The notes: generated by a model from the letters alone, not told the origin. DNA of 64,000 nucleotides from Patescibacteria group bacterium (GCA_041660165.1 JBAZWW010000003.1:4352-68351), one strand, 5' to 3'. Shown: positions 48,300-58,839, counted from the stretch's first letter. Program-made: numbers and translations.

Positions 48300-49433
48300 G
48301 TGAAACTCTCCTGCACCCGTGAAAATTTACACCAAGGACTTTCCATTGTGAGTCATATAAGTGGAAAATCAGTGAACCTGCCCATTTTGAACAATGTCCT
48401 CTTTAGGGCGGATATCAGTGGACTCAAGCTAACGGCAACTAACCTGGACATGACCGTCACTTGCTCGGTCAGAAGCAAGGTAGACCAGCCCGGCGAGTAC
48501 ACCGTTCCCGCTAAGCTCATTGCCGATTACGTTTCGTTACTGCCGGACGAACGGGTTGATCTTGATCTTCTTGATACTTCGCTTTCTGTCGTCTGTGGAT
48601 CCTCGAAAACGAAAATCAACGGTTTGGCTCCAAGCGAGTTCCCACTCGTTCCTCAAGTTACAGGCGGAGTGAAATTCATCGTGCCCGTAGCCCCGTTTGA
48701 TAGCGCCCTCGGTCAGACGCTCTTCTCGGTTTCAACAAGCGAGGCCCGGCAGGTACTTACCGGTGCGTATCTTGAGTTCAACGGCGACAAGAAAATGCTC
48801 ACCATTGCGGCGACAGACTCGTACAGGCTGGGCGAGCGTCAGATTGCGCTTACGGGCGACATCATGGGCGAGCGCAAGGTTGTGGTCCCCTCAAGGACGC
48901 TGGCCGAACTGCGCCGGATTATTGGCGTTCTGCGCGACGCGGTCGAGATTCCCGAAACGCTCGAAATAGAAATTACCGATAACCAAGTTGCTTTCCGCTA
49001 CGGAAGCGTTGAGCTATCGAGCAGAACAATCGACGGCGTTTATCCCGATTATCGACAGATTATCCCCAAGACGAGCATGACAGAGATCATCGTTAATAAA
49101 ACGCTGTTCTCTCAGGCTGTACGGCGTGCGAGTCTCTTCTCGAAGGCCGGCCTGTTCGATGTAAAGCTCGAAGTGAAGGCCGGGACGAACGAAGTTGTCC
49201 TCTCGGCTACGGACGCTGGCAGAGGTGAGCACACAGTGGCAGTCGAGGGCGAGGTGACGGGCACAGACAACGCCGTCACGCTCAACTATCGCTATCTCTT
49301 GGACGGTATTAGCGCCATGAACTCGGATAAAGTAATCGTGAAGTTCATAGACGCTACAAACCCCTGCCTAGTTGTCCCGAACGAAAAGCCAGACGAGAAA
49401 TATCTGTACATTGTGATGCCGATTCGGCAATAG
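48300..49433 (+). CDS. dnaN: DNA polymerase III beta clamp
   Basis: LPILNNVL, ATNLD, ATDSYRL, G.YPDY.QIIP, IVMPIR. Confidence 0.97.
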   Translation: MKLSCTRENLHQGLSIVSHISGKSVNLPILNNVLFRADISGLKLTATNLDMTVTCSVRSKVDQPGEYTVPAKLIADYVSLLPDERVDLDLLDTSLSVVCGSSKTKINGLAPSEFPLVPQVTGGVKFIVPVAPFDSALGQTLFSVSTSEARQVLTGAYLEFNGDKKMLTIAATDSYRLGERQIALTGDIMGERKVVVPSRTLAELRRIIGVLRDAVEIPETLEIEITDNQVAFRYGSVELSSRTIDGVYPDYRQIIPKTSMTEIIVNKTLFSQAVRRASLFSKAGLFDVKLEVKAGTNEVVLSATDAGRGEHTVAVEGEVTGTDNAVTLNYRYLLDGISAMNSDKVIVKFIDATNPCLVVPNEKPDEKYLYIVMPIRQ

Positions 49434-49459
49434 TGATCTGAATTACCATCTCATTTTCG

Positions 49460-49492
49460 GCCAATCAGATCCCTCGCTCCGCTCGGGATGAC
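49460..49492. repeat. REP-like repeat (variant A)
   Basis: GCCAATCAGATCCCTCGCTCCGCTCGGGATGACA. Confidence 0.75.
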
Positions 49493-49571
49493 AGAATGGT
49501 TGAGACGGTAGAAAGATCGAAACGACAAAACAAAAAAAAGACCCCCGAGGATGCTCGAGGGCCTTTTTAGT

Positions 49572-50099
49572 TTACTTGCTCTTGTAGATTTCGATCTTGA
49601 CCGTCTTACGGCCAAAATGCTTGGCCACGGAGAGATCGTCCATCCAGATGTCCACATTGTTCTTGTAACGGGTATTCATGCGGTCTTCTACAATGAAGAC
49701 CTTGTCGCCGTAGAGTTCCGGCATTTTAATGCGGGTACCAAACGGCAACTGGTTTGTGGCTACCACGCCGTCACGCACGTGCGTATTTGATGCAGTGATG
49801 AACGGGGTAGAGTCACATTCCTGAACGCGGGACGTATAGGCAGAAACCTGCATATAGCGCACGGACACGCCCTTACGATCCTTAGCGGTAGGAAGGACGC
49901 CGAAATCCTTGGTTTGGTTCTGCATGGCAGAGATCTCAAGGGCCGTGGACTTGTCATTTACCGGGTTAAGGTTAGTGCTAGCGTCCACGCTAGAGGGGAG
50001 GACGAATGAACCAAGCATGAGGACCATAACGGCAATGACGCCAGTTTCCATGGGAGACTTGGTGATGGCCTTTTGGAGCTTACGAATGGTGTTCATCAT
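49572..50099 (-). CDS. 3D-domain cell-wall protein
   Basis: SAYTS...CDSTPFITAS, LPFGT, VEDRM, VDIW; TTGACA-18-TATACT promoter 8 nt before ATG. Confidence 0.88.
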   Translation of the reverse strand: MMNTIRKLQKAITKSPMETGVIAVMVLMLGSFVLPSSVDASTNLNPVNDKSTALEISAMQNQTKDFGVLPTAKDRKGVSVRYMQVSAYTSRVQECDSTPFITASNTHVRDGVVATNQLPFGTRIKMPELYGDKVFIVEDRMNTRYKNNVDIWMDDLSVAKHFGRKTVKIEIYKSK

Positions 50100-50200
50100 A
50101 GAGATACAGTATAGCAAAAATTCGCCCCTTTGTCAATCAAAAAATGCCATATTTTGGCTAATATTAGAGAATGGCTAAGGCAAGCCTTTTGTGCTATTTC

Positions 50201-53119
50201 ATGCCCTCAAGTATCATGGCGGAAACGGTCATTTTTATGCGAAAATACATCCAGGGACGGCTTAAAACAGGATTTTCGGCTTTTGGTGAAAAGATCAAAA
50301 AATACTGGAAATCGGCAAATAAGCTAACCATAGCCAAGAATATCGTTTTGGCGGGTTTTGCCTGCGTTCTCTTTTTTGTCATCGTTGTGGCTGGTACTTT
50401 TGCTTGGTATGCCAAAGACCTGCCAAATCCGAATGGCTTGGCCAACCGCAATGTTTCTCAGTCTACGAAGATTTACGACCGTACCGGTACGCATCTTCTT
50501 TATGAAATTGCGCTCGACGAAAACCGAACGCTGGTGACACTCGACAATATCCCGGACAGCTTAGAAAAGGCCACCATCACCGCTGAGGATAGGGGCTTTT
50601 ACCAGCATCAGGGGTTTAGTTTGCGCGGGTATGCCAGAAGCGCTATGCATTTTGTGCTGTCGTTTGGCCGAGTGCGGGAGGGTGCGTCAACGATCACGCA
50701 ACAGCTCGTGAAGAACGCCATTCTTTCAAACGAAAAAACACTGTCTCGCAAGGTGAAGGAACTCATGCTGTCCGTGGCGCTTGAACAAGTTTATTCGAAA
50801 GATCAAATTCTGCAGATGTACTTGAATGAGATCCCGTACGGCCAGACGAACTACGGAATTGAGTCTGCTTCGGATGCGTATTTCGGCAAGAAAGCAAAGG
50901 ATCTCACACTCGCTGAAAGCGCCACGCTGGCTGCTTTGCCCCAGTCTCCAACCACGTATCTGAATAACCCGGTTAAGCTGAAGGCCAGAAAAAACTGGAT
51001 TTTGAACGGCATGGTGGACGCTGGCTATGTTTCCAGAGCAGACGCGGACACGGCCATCGCTACGGAAACGCCGGTGACGAACCATGTTGGCGGGATTGAA
51101 GCCCCGCACTTTGTGTTTTGGGTGAAGTCATTACTCGAGGATAAGTACTCGACCAAAATTGTTGAAACCGGTGGGCTTAGGGTCATCACTACCCTCGACT
51201 ATGATAAACAGAAAATGGCCGAGCAGGCTGTGACAGACGGCGTAGCAAAAAATGGCAAGGCCTACGGTTTCACGACCGGCGGTTTATTGTCCCTCGATCC
51301 TAAGAATGGGGAAGTGCTGGCTATGGTTGGCTCGGCCGATTTCAGAAACAACGATATTGACGGCCAGGTGAACGTCACCATCCAACCGTTACAACCTGGG
51401 TCCAGCATTAAGCCCATTGTCTACGCGGCCGCTTTTGAGAAGGGCTACACGCCGAATACGCTCCTGTGGGACGTGAACACCGTTTTCCCCACTGCCACCG
51501 GTCCTTACCCGCCACAGAACTACGACGGCAAGGAGCACGGCATTGTTTCCATGCGTAAGGCGCTTCAGGGATCGCTTAACATTCCCGCGGTGAAGACGCT
51601 TTACCTGGTTGGTATTGATACTGCCGTTAAATTTGCCCACCGTTTGGGCTACACCACGCTCAATGATCCATCGAAGATTGGATTGTCTATGGTGCTCGGT
51701 GGAGCGGAAGTGAAACTCATTGACCACGCCGCCGCATACGGTGTGTTCGCGAACGGCGGAACGTATCACGCGCCAGTGGGCATTTTGAAGGTTGAGGCTC
51801 CAGACGGCTCAACAATGGAGGAATTCAAGCCCGAGGAAAACCAGGGCGAGCGGGTACTCGACGTAAACATTGCTTCTATCATGAGCAACGTCTTGTCTGA
51901 CAATGAAGCCAGGTCCTACGTTTTCACCACGAATAACTGGCTGGTCCTGCCGAACCGCCCGGTGGCGGCTAAGACGGGTACGACCAACTCGTACAAAGAC
52001 GCCTGGACTATGGGTTACACGCCGTCTCTCGTGGCCGGCGTTTGGGTGGGCAATGCCAACGGTTCGTTCATGAATAAGAAGGCCGATGGTTCGCAAGTAG
52101 CCGCTCCTATTTGGAACCAGTACATGAAGAACGCTTTGCAGGGAACACCTGTGGAAGCGTTTCCGAAGGCGAGTATTCCTCAGACCGGCAAGCCCGTTCT
52201 TGACGGCAAACTTCCCGGTACGCCCGTGGTTCTTGATACTGCGTCTGGCAAGCTCGCTACGGATTTGACGCCTGAACGTTTCCGCAAAGAGATGCTCTGT
52301 GGCGAGTATCACACCATTTTAAAATATGTGGACAAGGATCAGCCAACAGATCCCGCTCCGAACCGGCCAGAAAATGACCCCGATTACCTGGTGTGGGAAA
52401 AAGCCGTGCAAGATTACATCACGCGCCATAACGCTTCTCTCAAAGAAGGCGAGAAGCCGTATGAAACTTGCGTGGTGCCCACGGAATCTGATGACATGCA
52501 TACCCTTGAGAACAAACCAGGCATCACCATGATGCAACCGCAAAATGATTGGGCGGTTGGCCGAACGATTGACGTGCAAGTCTCCCTTGAAACTCGTCGA
52601 ATGTTTGGCCGGGTCGAGTATTCAGTAGACGGCGTATTCATCGCCTCATCATCAAGTACAGGCGGGGCGATCATCTCGCTTCCCGGCTGGGTGAGCATTG
52701 GCTCACACTCGTTTACAGCCACCGTTTATGATGACGTAGATAACTCGGCCAGCGCCACGGCACTTCTCAACGTGAATGAAGCTGGTTCCCAAGGTGCGTT
52801 TAGAATTACGAATCCGTTTACCAACCAAACCATTGAAAAGTCCGGTTCGGCCTACGCGGTGGTGGTTGAGGTTCCGCATTCTGGCGACTATGCAACGCTT
52901 TCCATCATTGCGCGTAATCTCTGGGACGGTGCCACCACTACGGTCGGAACGATCTCAAAGGTTTCAGCGATCAGCACAGTCAACTGGACACTTCCCACGG
53001 CGGGTGATTACACTTTGGGAGCTGAGGCTACCCGGATAACCGGCGAGGTTGAGGAAACCGTGCCCGTAAAGGTCTTTGTGCGAGAGCCGGTCGTTACTTC
53101 GATTACACCAATTCCATAA
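50201..53119 (+). CDS. Class A penicillin-binding protein (transglycosylase/transpeptidase) with C-terminal Ig-like domains
   Basis: EDRGFYQH.G, GASTITQQLVKN, RKVKE, SSIK, SLN, KTGT; start uncertain (50171-50237). Confidence 0.93.
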   Translation: MPSSIMAETVIFMRKYIQGRLKTGFSAFGEKIKKYWKSANKLTIAKNIVLAGFACVLFFVIVVAGTFAWYAKDLPNPNGLANRNVSQSTKIYDRTGTHLLYEIALDENRTLVTLDNIPDSLEKATITAEDRGFYQHQGFSLRGYARSAMHFVLSFGRVREGASTITQQLVKNAILSNEKTLSRKVKELMLSVALEQVYSKDQILQMYLNEIPYGQTNYGIESASDAYFGKKAKDLTLAESATLAALPQSPTTYLNNPVKLKARKNWILNGMVDAGYVSRADADTAIATETPVTNHVGGIEAPHFVFWVKSLLEDKYSTKIVETGGLRVITTLDYDKQKMAEQAVTDGVAKNGKAYGFTTGGLLSLDPKNGEVLAMVGSADFRNNDIDGQVNVTIQPLQPGSSIKPIVYAAAFEKGYTPNTLLWDVNTVFPTATGPYPPQNYDGKEHGIVSMRKALQGSLNIPAVKTLYLVGIDTAVKFAHRLGYTTLNDPSKIGLSMVLGGAEVKLIDHAAAYGVFANGGTYHAPVGILKVEAPDGSTMEEFKPEENQGERVLDVNIASIMSNVLSDNEARSYVFTTNNWLVLPNRPVAAKTGTTNSYKDAWTMGYTPSLVAGVWVGNANGSFMNKKADGSQVAAPIWNQYMKNALQGTPVEAFPKASIPQTGKPVLDGKLPGTPVVLDTASGKLATDLTPERFRKEMLCGEYHTILKYVDKDQPTDPAPNRPENDPDYLVWEKAVQDYITRHNASLKEGEKPYETCVVPTESDDMHTLENKPGITMMQPQNDWAVGRTIDVQVSLETRRMFGRVEYSVDGVFIASSSSTGGAIISLPGWVSIGSHSFTATVYDDVDNSASATALLNVNEAGSQGAFRITNPFTNQTIEKSGSAYAVVVEVPHSGDYATLSIIARNLWDGATTTVGTISKVSAISTVNWTLPTAGDYTLGAEATRITGEVEETVPVKVFVREPVVTSITPIP

Positions 53120-53122
53120 ACG

Positions 53123-53203
53123 GTTCTCCATCCTGAGCGAGAGCGAAGGATCCGACCCTCACCGGTGAAAGTCGGACCCTTCGCATAGCTCAGGGTGGGA
53201 TCC
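53123..53203. repeat. REP-like inverted doublet (variant C)
   Basis: CCATCCTGAGCGAGAGCGAAGGATCCGAC...GTCGGACCCTTCGCATAGCTCAGGGTGGGA. Confidence 0.75.
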
Positions 53204-53215
53204 CAACCAATCAAT

Positions 53216-53737
53216 ATGAAAAAAATCGTTCTGGCATTCGTCGCCCTCGTTCTTGCCGGTGCTGGTTGTGTGCCGGTCGCGAACAAGCCCATTGACGGCA
53301 AGTGGCGCCTGGCCTTTGATCTGCCGTCTGGCTGGGTGATGGTTGAGCCGTATAGCGTTCCGGGAAAGACCGAGAAATTGAAACCACTCGACGAGAACGT
53401 GAAACGTGACGATTCAGAAATCTATCTCCAGAGCCTTGATAAAGCCATCTGTTGGACCGGCGGGAATTGCGCCGAGGGATCTGCAACTGAGGGCGAGCAG
53501 ATCAAGGCATCCGCGCTCGACTCTCACCGCGTACTCGATCTCAAAGAATTGAAGGACTTGGGAAACGGTTTCTACGTTCGGCTGGACAAGGCTGACACAT
53601 ATTACCTCGTGACTGATTCCGCGAAGTATCAGTTCAACGCGGTTGGCGATGCTGAGGCGCTCAAGAAAATTATTCTCTCGGCCAAGGTTGTGAATCACTA
53701 TACTGACAGAGCAACGATCGAAGTGAAGTCGAAATAA
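53216..53737 (+). CDS. Lipoprotein of unknown function
   Basis: MKKIVLAFVALVLAGAGC lipobox. Confidence 0.75.
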   Translation: MKKIVLAFVALVLAGAGCVPVANKPIDGKWRLAFDLPSGWVMVEPYSVPGKTEKLKPLDENVKRDDSEIYLQSLDKAICWTGGNCAEGSATEGEQIKASALDSHRVLDLKELKDLGNGFYVRLDKADTYYLVTDSAKYQFNAVGDAEALKKIILSAKVVNHYTDRATIEVKSK

Positions 53738-53741
53738 AAGG

Positions 53742-53775
53742 AAAAGGAGCCGCGCGAGACGAGGCTCCTTTTTTT
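53742..53775. terminator. Bidirectional terminator
   Basis: AAAAGGAGCC...GGCTCCTTTTTT between convergent genes. Confidence 0.75.
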
Positions 53776-53800
53776 GACGGGCACGCCCGAACAGCCTGGA

Positions 53801-54208
53801 CTACAGAAGGTCAGCGTGGCTGACGTGCTTCAGGATGGCCTGACGGGTTTCAGCGTACGTAGGGTTGTCCTCGTCGATCCCATCGTCCGGCACCTTGCGC
53901 CACAGCTCTGCGAGCGTCTGCTTCACGAGCTGGTCGGCGAGCTCCTGGGCGCGCTCGAGCTCTGCGGGATCGGCCCCGGCCTTCAGTTCACCCTCCACGC
54001 TGTAGAAGCATTGGAGATGAACGTCTCGGCAGGCCGAGACCACGTACCGCAGATACCGAGCGGTGATGCTGTCGCTCCGTTGGATGTTCTGGAGGAAGTG
54101 TTCCTTGAGTCCGTTCAGGACCTCTTCCGGCGTCCCCCTCAAATTCGAGGCCAAGAGGGTGTAGCCCTCACTCGCCATGATTCGCCTGACAGTCAAATAG
54201 GGTTCCAT
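53801..54208 (-). CDS. Hypothetical helical protein
   Basis: GGAGG RBS before ATG 54208; downstream of tRNA-Cys. Confidence 0.6.
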   Translation of the reverse strand: MEPYLTVRRIMASEGYTLLASNLRGTPEEVLNGLKEHFLQNIQRSDSITARYLRYVVSACRDVHLQCFYSVEGELKAGADPAELERAQELADQLVKQTLAELWRKVPDDGIDEDNPTYAETRQAILKHVSHADLL

Positions 54209-54283
54209 GACACAGCCTCCCGTGAATGTGGCCGGGGGATGTTTTATCACAAAAACACAAAACCCCCAAATCTGGGGGTTTCA

Positions 54284-54359
54284 TGGAGGCCGCGGCCGGG
54301 GTTGAACCGGCGCATAAGAGTTTTGCAGACTCCCGCGTTAACCACTTCGCCACGCGGCC
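54284..54359 (-). tRNA. tRNA-Cys(GCA)
   Basis: GGCCGCGTGGCGAAGTGGTTAACGC, loop CTGCAAA, GGTTCAACCCC, CCA end. Confidence 0.95.
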
Positions 54360-54408
54360 ATGCTGAGCTATTTTACGGCATTCGACTGAAAATGCAAGGC
54401 TAACCCGC

Positions 54409-54777
54409 TCACTTCATCGCTTTGATCAATGCTTTGTCGAAGGTAATCACATCGTGTTCCTTGGAGAGGAGCAGAAGGAAGACGTCGACGAACGAAAGTT
54501 TTTTGTGAGTTATCTGTCTGGACAGAGAGCAGGTTGCGGAAAAAGTGTCTTTTCCAGCATAAAGTAGTTCGACATCACCCCCCGTCACTACTTCGAGAAA
54601 ACGATCGGCAGTAATTTTTCCGGCTCGCTGTGTCAATACATTGCATACCTCAACTGCAATGTATTCTGGCAAGAGGATTGGACGTTTAGCCTTTTGTTCG
54701 ACACTTTTGGCCTTTGCATGAAGTGAATCGTTCGCATTCAAAAGCGCAACCCAAACATTTGCATCAAAGACCACCAT
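54409..54777 (-). CDS. PIN-domain (VapC) toxin
   Basis: VVFDANVWVA, D..H..A, E, LSFVD, ITFD. Confidence 0.88.
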   Translation of the reverse strand: MVVFDANVWVALLNANDSLHAKAKSVEQKAKRPILLPEYIAVEVCNVLTQRAGKITADRFLEVVTGGDVELLYAGKDTFSATCSLSRQITHKKLSFVDVFLLLLSKEHDVITFDKALIKAMK

Positions 54778-54779
54778 AA

Positions 54780-55010
54780 TTAACTGTACAGAATTTTATC
54801 GATGTCTCTGCTCAAGTGCTTATCGCCTTTATAAATGCCTACGAGATCAGCAATTTTGTATGTTTTCGGTTCGACTGCCTCAGGCTCGGCAATACTGAAC
54901 AGCGGTCTGGCATGACGGACAACGATATATCTCTGGCCACGCTTCACTGCGGCTCCTATTGCCGGCATGTTCTGGTGAAGTTCTCGAACAGTGATAGTTT
55001 TAACGTTCAT
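54780..55010 (-). CDS. Phd/YefM-like antitoxin
   Basis: KTITVRELHQNM..I...V..G....V.RH.RP. Confidence 0.8.
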   Translation of the reverse strand: MNVKTITVRELHQNMPAIGAAVKRGQRYIVVRHARPLFSIAEPEAVEPKTYKIADLVGIYKGDKHLSRDIDKILYS

Positions 55011-55013
55011 AAT

Positions 55014-55034
55014 TGTTTAACAAGTGTTTAACAA
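55014..55034. promoter_or_regulatory. Candidate TA operator (two TGTTTAACAA repeats)
   Basis: TGTTTAACAA-G-TGTTTAACAA immediately upstream of the antitoxin ATG. Confidence 0.55.
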
Positions 55035-55106
55035 TATTCTACCACTCCGATCGTTGTCGTCAAGAAATATGCGGTAGACAGAGCTCGCGGTATAATCATG
55101 GAAGAT

Positions 55107-56897
55107 ATGCCGAAACAGGAGGAGAAGTTCGGCTGGCGGGGAGTGTGGGGCATGCTGGCCCCATCTTTCCGTGGAACCGGCATGTTTTATGCTGGCGTTT
55201 TGTTGTTGATCATCATCGCCGCTGCAGGCCAGGTAGCCGAGCCGTTGATCTACGGAAAAATTATTGACGGCATCGTTTCTGGCATTTCGAATCACACTCT
55301 CTCGACGCTCTCAACCGATCTCTTAGTTTTTATTATCGCTTGGGCTGGCGCTACATTGCTCGGCAGCGCGGCGAAGGAATTAAGTCAGTGGCTGAGCTAC
55401 AAAGCTGGCAATAAAATTTGGGAGCAGTTTTCTGAATCCGCCTTGAAACGTATTTTGAGCTGGGATCCTGAACGTTTTGGTCGAGTATCCCTCGGCTCGC
55501 TCGCGAAACGGTTAGACCGCGCGGGCGAGGCCTCTTGGGAGCTTGGCGCTCGTACATTAGTAGACATCGTGCCGACGATTGTCACCTTTGCCGTCTTCTT
55601 CATTGTGGGCATGGTGCTTGATTGGCGCATGACGCTGGTCTCACTCGCCACCATTCCGATCCTGTTATTACTAACTATTGTTGCCTATCAATGGGCTGAT
55701 AAACGGCAGGACGAATTGAACGAGGCCTGGGAAGACGTCTCGCGCAAACTGTACGAGATAGTAGCAAACATCGTGCCAATCAAATCCTTTGTCGCCGAGC
55801 GTCGAATGCTCCGCGAGTACACGCATCTGATTGACATCGGCCTGGCCAGACAAACTCGCCTAAACACAGTTTGGACTACGCTCGACTTTTTGAATACAGG
55901 GACGAGGTTTCTCGCGCGTCTCTTCACCCTCGGCGCTGGCGTGTATTTCATTTCTCAGGGTTCGCTGACACTTGGCACGCTGATCACCTTTCTTGGCATG
56001 ATGGCCTTCATTCTGGCGCCGTTTGATTATCTGCTGGCCGACATCCTGCGGAGAACGAGCGAAACAAAGAACGCTTTTGTCAGGCTTGCCGATGACTGGC
56101 ACGCTGAGATTAAAGTGGCCGAGGTGGAGAAGCCCAAACATTTGCGCGAACTAAAGGGCGAGTTAGTTTTTGAGAAGATTTCTTACCGCTACAAGGGCTC
56201 GCAAAATGACGTTCTCTCAAATATTACGCTTCACGTTCCTGCCGGCACGTCTCTAGCGATCGTCGGTCCGTCCGGCGGAGGCAAGAGCACGCTGGTTCGT
56301 TTGATCAATCGTTTTCTCGACCCAACCGCTGGCTCGCTTTTTCTTGATGGCATCAACGTGAAGGAGGCTGATATCGAGGAATTACGCCGATCAGTCGGCG
56401 TGGTGCATCAAGATACCGTCATGTTCAACGAAAGTATTCTCGAAAATATTAAATTCGCCAAACCTTCCGCCACCAAAGACGAAATTATCTCGGCTGCCAA
56501 AAAAGCGCAGGCGCACGAATTCATTGTCAGAATGAAGGACGATTATGAAACCCTTGTTGGCGAACGCGGAGCCAAGCTGTCCGGCGGTGAGCGCCAGCGT
56601 TTAGCGCTTGCTCGCGTCTTCCTGGCCGACCCGCCAATCCTAATCCTTGACGAATCTACAAGCGCCCTTGATTCAGAAACTGAGGCTCGCCTGCAGGTTG
56701 CTCTTCGTTCCGCCATGAAGGGCCGGACCACGATCATCATCGCCCACAGACTTTCGACTGTTTATATGGCCGAGCAAATCGCCGTCATTGAGCAAGGCAA
56801 ACTCGTCGAACTCGGCACGCATGATGAACTCCTCGCGGAAGGAGGGTTGTACGAGAAATTGTGGCGGTTACAGAGCGGGGGATACTTGCCGGGGTAA
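55107..56897 (+). CDS. ABC exporter, fused permease/ATPase
   Basis: TM domain, GPSGGGKST, LSGGERQR, ILDESTSALD, AHRLST; second Met chosen because TATAAT abuts the first. Confidence 0.93.
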   Translation: MPKQEEKFGWRGVWGMLAPSFRGTGMFYAGVLLLIIIAAAGQVAEPLIYGKIIDGIVSGISNHTLSTLSTDLLVFIIAWAGATLLGSAAKELSQWLSYKAGNKIWEQFSESALKRILSWDPERFGRVSLGSLAKRLDRAGEASWELGARTLVDIVPTIVTFAVFFIVGMVLDWRMTLVSLATIPILLLLTIVAYQWADKRQDELNEAWEDVSRKLYEIVANIVPIKSFVAERRMLREYTHLIDIGLARQTRLNTVWTTLDFLNTGTRFLARLFTLGAGVYFISQGSLTLGTLITFLGMMAFILAPFDYLLADILRRTSETKNAFVRLADDWHAEIKVAEVEKPKHLRELKGELVFEKISYRYKGSQNDVLSNITLHVPAGTSLAIVGPSGGGKSTLVRLINRFLDPTAGSLFLDGINVKEADIEELRRSVGVVHQDTVMFNESILENIKFAKPSATKDEIISAAKKAQAHEFIVRMKDDYETLVGERGAKLSGGERQRLALARVFLADPPILILDESTSALDSETEARLQVALRSAMKGRTTIIIAHRLSTVYMAEQIAVIEQGKLVELGTHDELLAEGGLYEKLWRLQSGGYLPG

Positions 56898-56966
56898 CTA
56901 TCGGCTAGACTTTTTATTAGTTTTATTGTACGATCACCCGTCCGAAATCTGCAGACCGGAGGGGAA

Positions 56967-57737
56967 ATGGACAAGAAAAAGGGACGCGAGGACCGGAGTG
57001 ACTATCGCGGGTGGGTCATGGTACTGACGATTGTGCTTGGGCTCCTTGGGGTGCTGGTGCTTCCGAGTATCCCCACCGGTTCGGCCCTGGACATGAAGGC
57101 CATCCACATGGAGACGGGCAAGCCGTCAATTGCACCCGCAACACCCGGGTTCGTTCTCACCGTCGGGGCCATGAGCGACTCTCTGCGCGTCTCCGAAGAG
57201 AAACGGTACAGGGCGTTTGTGTTCCAGACGCTAATGCCACTCGCAACGGAAATCGCGGAAAGCTACCCGATCGAGGGGCTCCGCGATGAGTTCCGCCCAG
57301 TCTTCGAACAGACGCTTGTGACGGAGGTCATGAGCGGGGCCATGAATCCGAATGTCTTCGCTCAGTGCGTGGGCCCCGGAAACGGCTATGGCCAAATCGA
57401 GATCTTCCTGCCAAAGGCGGAGCTCGAATACAGCCGGCTGGACAGGGAAACATTTAAGGACATGTTCTTGACGGTTTTCCTGCACGAACACCGGCACTTC
57501 GTGACCTCTGGTTGTAGGCAGGACGCGCCGTTTAAGGAGGCGTTCATCAACGAGTCCGAAACGTGGTGGTGGATGTGCGAACACCTCCTTGTGCCGATGC
57601 GGGCCAACGGTCGCCTGGCCGGTTTGCGGTCGCCACATACGTTCCTGACCGCGCTCGTTGCTTACGACGCGTCTCATGGGGACATCACTTCTCCGAAGTG
57701 GACCGCCTTTGCAGACGAGCATCTGCAGGTTCACTAG
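56967..57737 (+). CDS. Membrane-anchored protein with HExxH motif (zincin-like)
   Basis: GGAGG RBS, N-terminal TM, VFLHEHRH and downstream E; terminator 57753-57785. Confidence 0.6.
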   Translation: MDKKKGREDRSDYRGWVMVLTIVLGLLGVLVLPSIPTGSALDMKAIHMETGKPSIAPATPGFVLTVGAMSDSLRVSEEKRYRAFVFQTLMPLATEIAESYPIEGLRDEFRPVFEQTLVTEVMSGAMNPNVFAQCVGPGNGYGQIEIFLPKAELEYSRLDRETFKDMFLTVFLHEHRHFVTSGCRQDAPFKEAFINESETWWWMCEHLLVPMRANGRLAGLRSPHTFLTALVAYDASHGDITSPKWTAFADEHLQVH

Positions 57738-57828
57738 CTCGGGGCGGAATCGAAAAGGAGTCGCGAACGCCGCGGCTCCTTCTTTGTATTTTTGACCCCC
57801 ACAAGTACGAATGATAGGATAAGGACAT

Positions 57829-58032
57829 ATGGTTTCACTTGCAGTAAAATTGCAGCAGAAGGAAGCGAAGACTTTACATTTGGAGATTGACCGTCCGCGG
57901 TTTGAGCGGTTGGCAGGCATTTTTGGATTTTTTGGCCAAGGATTTTTGCGGAGTATTGATCGGGCAGAGGATGATATTCGTGCTGGTCGAATTACTAAGT
58001 TGAGTTCTTTGAAGGATTTACGAAAAAGTTAG
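57829..58032 (+). CDS. Putative antitoxin
   Basis: 'SIDRAEDDIRAGR' motif, directly upstream of RelE-like toxin. Confidence 0.65.
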   Translation: MVSLAVKLQQKEAKTLHLEIDRPRFERLAGIFGFFGQGFLRSIDRAEDDIRAGRITKLSSLKDLRKS

Positions 58033-58049
58033 CGCTTCCAGAGGTTTTC

Positions 58050-58313
58050 TTGACCGATGAATTCACTCGCCGTTATAGCGAATTGCCTTTAAGCATTCAA
58101 AAGAAAGCAGAACTTCGAGAAGAGATTTTTCGACAGAATCCGTTTCACCCCTCTCTCCACACCGAAAAGTTGAATCCGCGGAAAAAGGAGATTTGGAGTT
58201 TTAGAATAGACTATAGCTATCGCATTCTTTTTCGTTTCGCCGAAAACAATGCAATTTATTTTCTCTCTGTCGGTCCGCACAGCTGGATTTACCGTTACAT
58301 GAACAGAATATAA
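58050..58313 (+). CDS. RelE/ParE-superfamily mRNA interferase toxin
   Basis: F...Y..LP..IQ, NPFHPSLHTEKL, WSFRI..SYRILF, VGPH. Confidence 0.85.
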   Translation: MTDEFTRRYSELPLSIQKKAELREEIFRQNPFHPSLHTEKLNPRKKEIWSFRIDYSYRILFRFAENNAIYFLSVGPHSWIYRYMNRI

Positions 58314-58370
58314 AAGACCATCGAGACGTTTCGATGGTCTTTTTCTGATAGCTTATACGGTTTGTATGAT

Positions 58371-58781
58371 TTACCCCTCGACCAAAATGCGTACAATATT
58401 CGCCAGATCCATGCTGGCCAAGTTCTTCGGCACCGTTTCGCTGATGTGTTTGAGAACGTCAGTGTGCATGTGCGTAGCGAAGTGAGATTTGTTTACTTCA
58501 GGGACGCAGGCAATGATGGTGGCGTAACCGTCGTGATCGACGAGCTCAAGCAGGCGTTTTGAAAGCGCGCTATACAGTTCCTTGAGACGGTGAAGTTTCA
58601 TCTGATCAAGATCCGTGTACATTTCTGTCACGCGGTCAGTTTCGGCCGTTTCAGGGGTTTCAATGACCTCGAGTTCATCAACTTCACGGCCTTCGGCTAC
58701 GAACAGCCGAGCCTTTTCATTATTGGTAACCGCGATCAGGGTCTTTTTCTCAAACGGACTGTAATGGTCTGAGATGTGCAT
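58371..58781 (-). CDS. Host-attachment (AtsE/baeRF-like) family protein
   Basis: TLIAVTN.EKARLF start, C-terminal 'E.VPKNL' pattern. Confidence 0.55.
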   Translation of the reverse strand: MHISDHYSPFEKKTLIAVTNNEKARLFVAEGREVDELEVIETPETAETDRVTEMYTDLDQMKLHRLKELYSALSKRLLELVDHDGYATIIACVPEVNKSHFATHMHTDVLKHISETVPKNLASMDLANIVRILVEG

Positions 58782-58839
58782 ATTGGTTAAAGCTTAACAC
58801 GGAAAGGCTATAGGTGGTAGGTGGGGTATACTTTTAGGC

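Noticed and set aside
58029-58052. RelE-like toxin pseudogenised by start loss
   Set aside because: An in-frame TTG at 58050 is usable; cannot be decided from sequence alone
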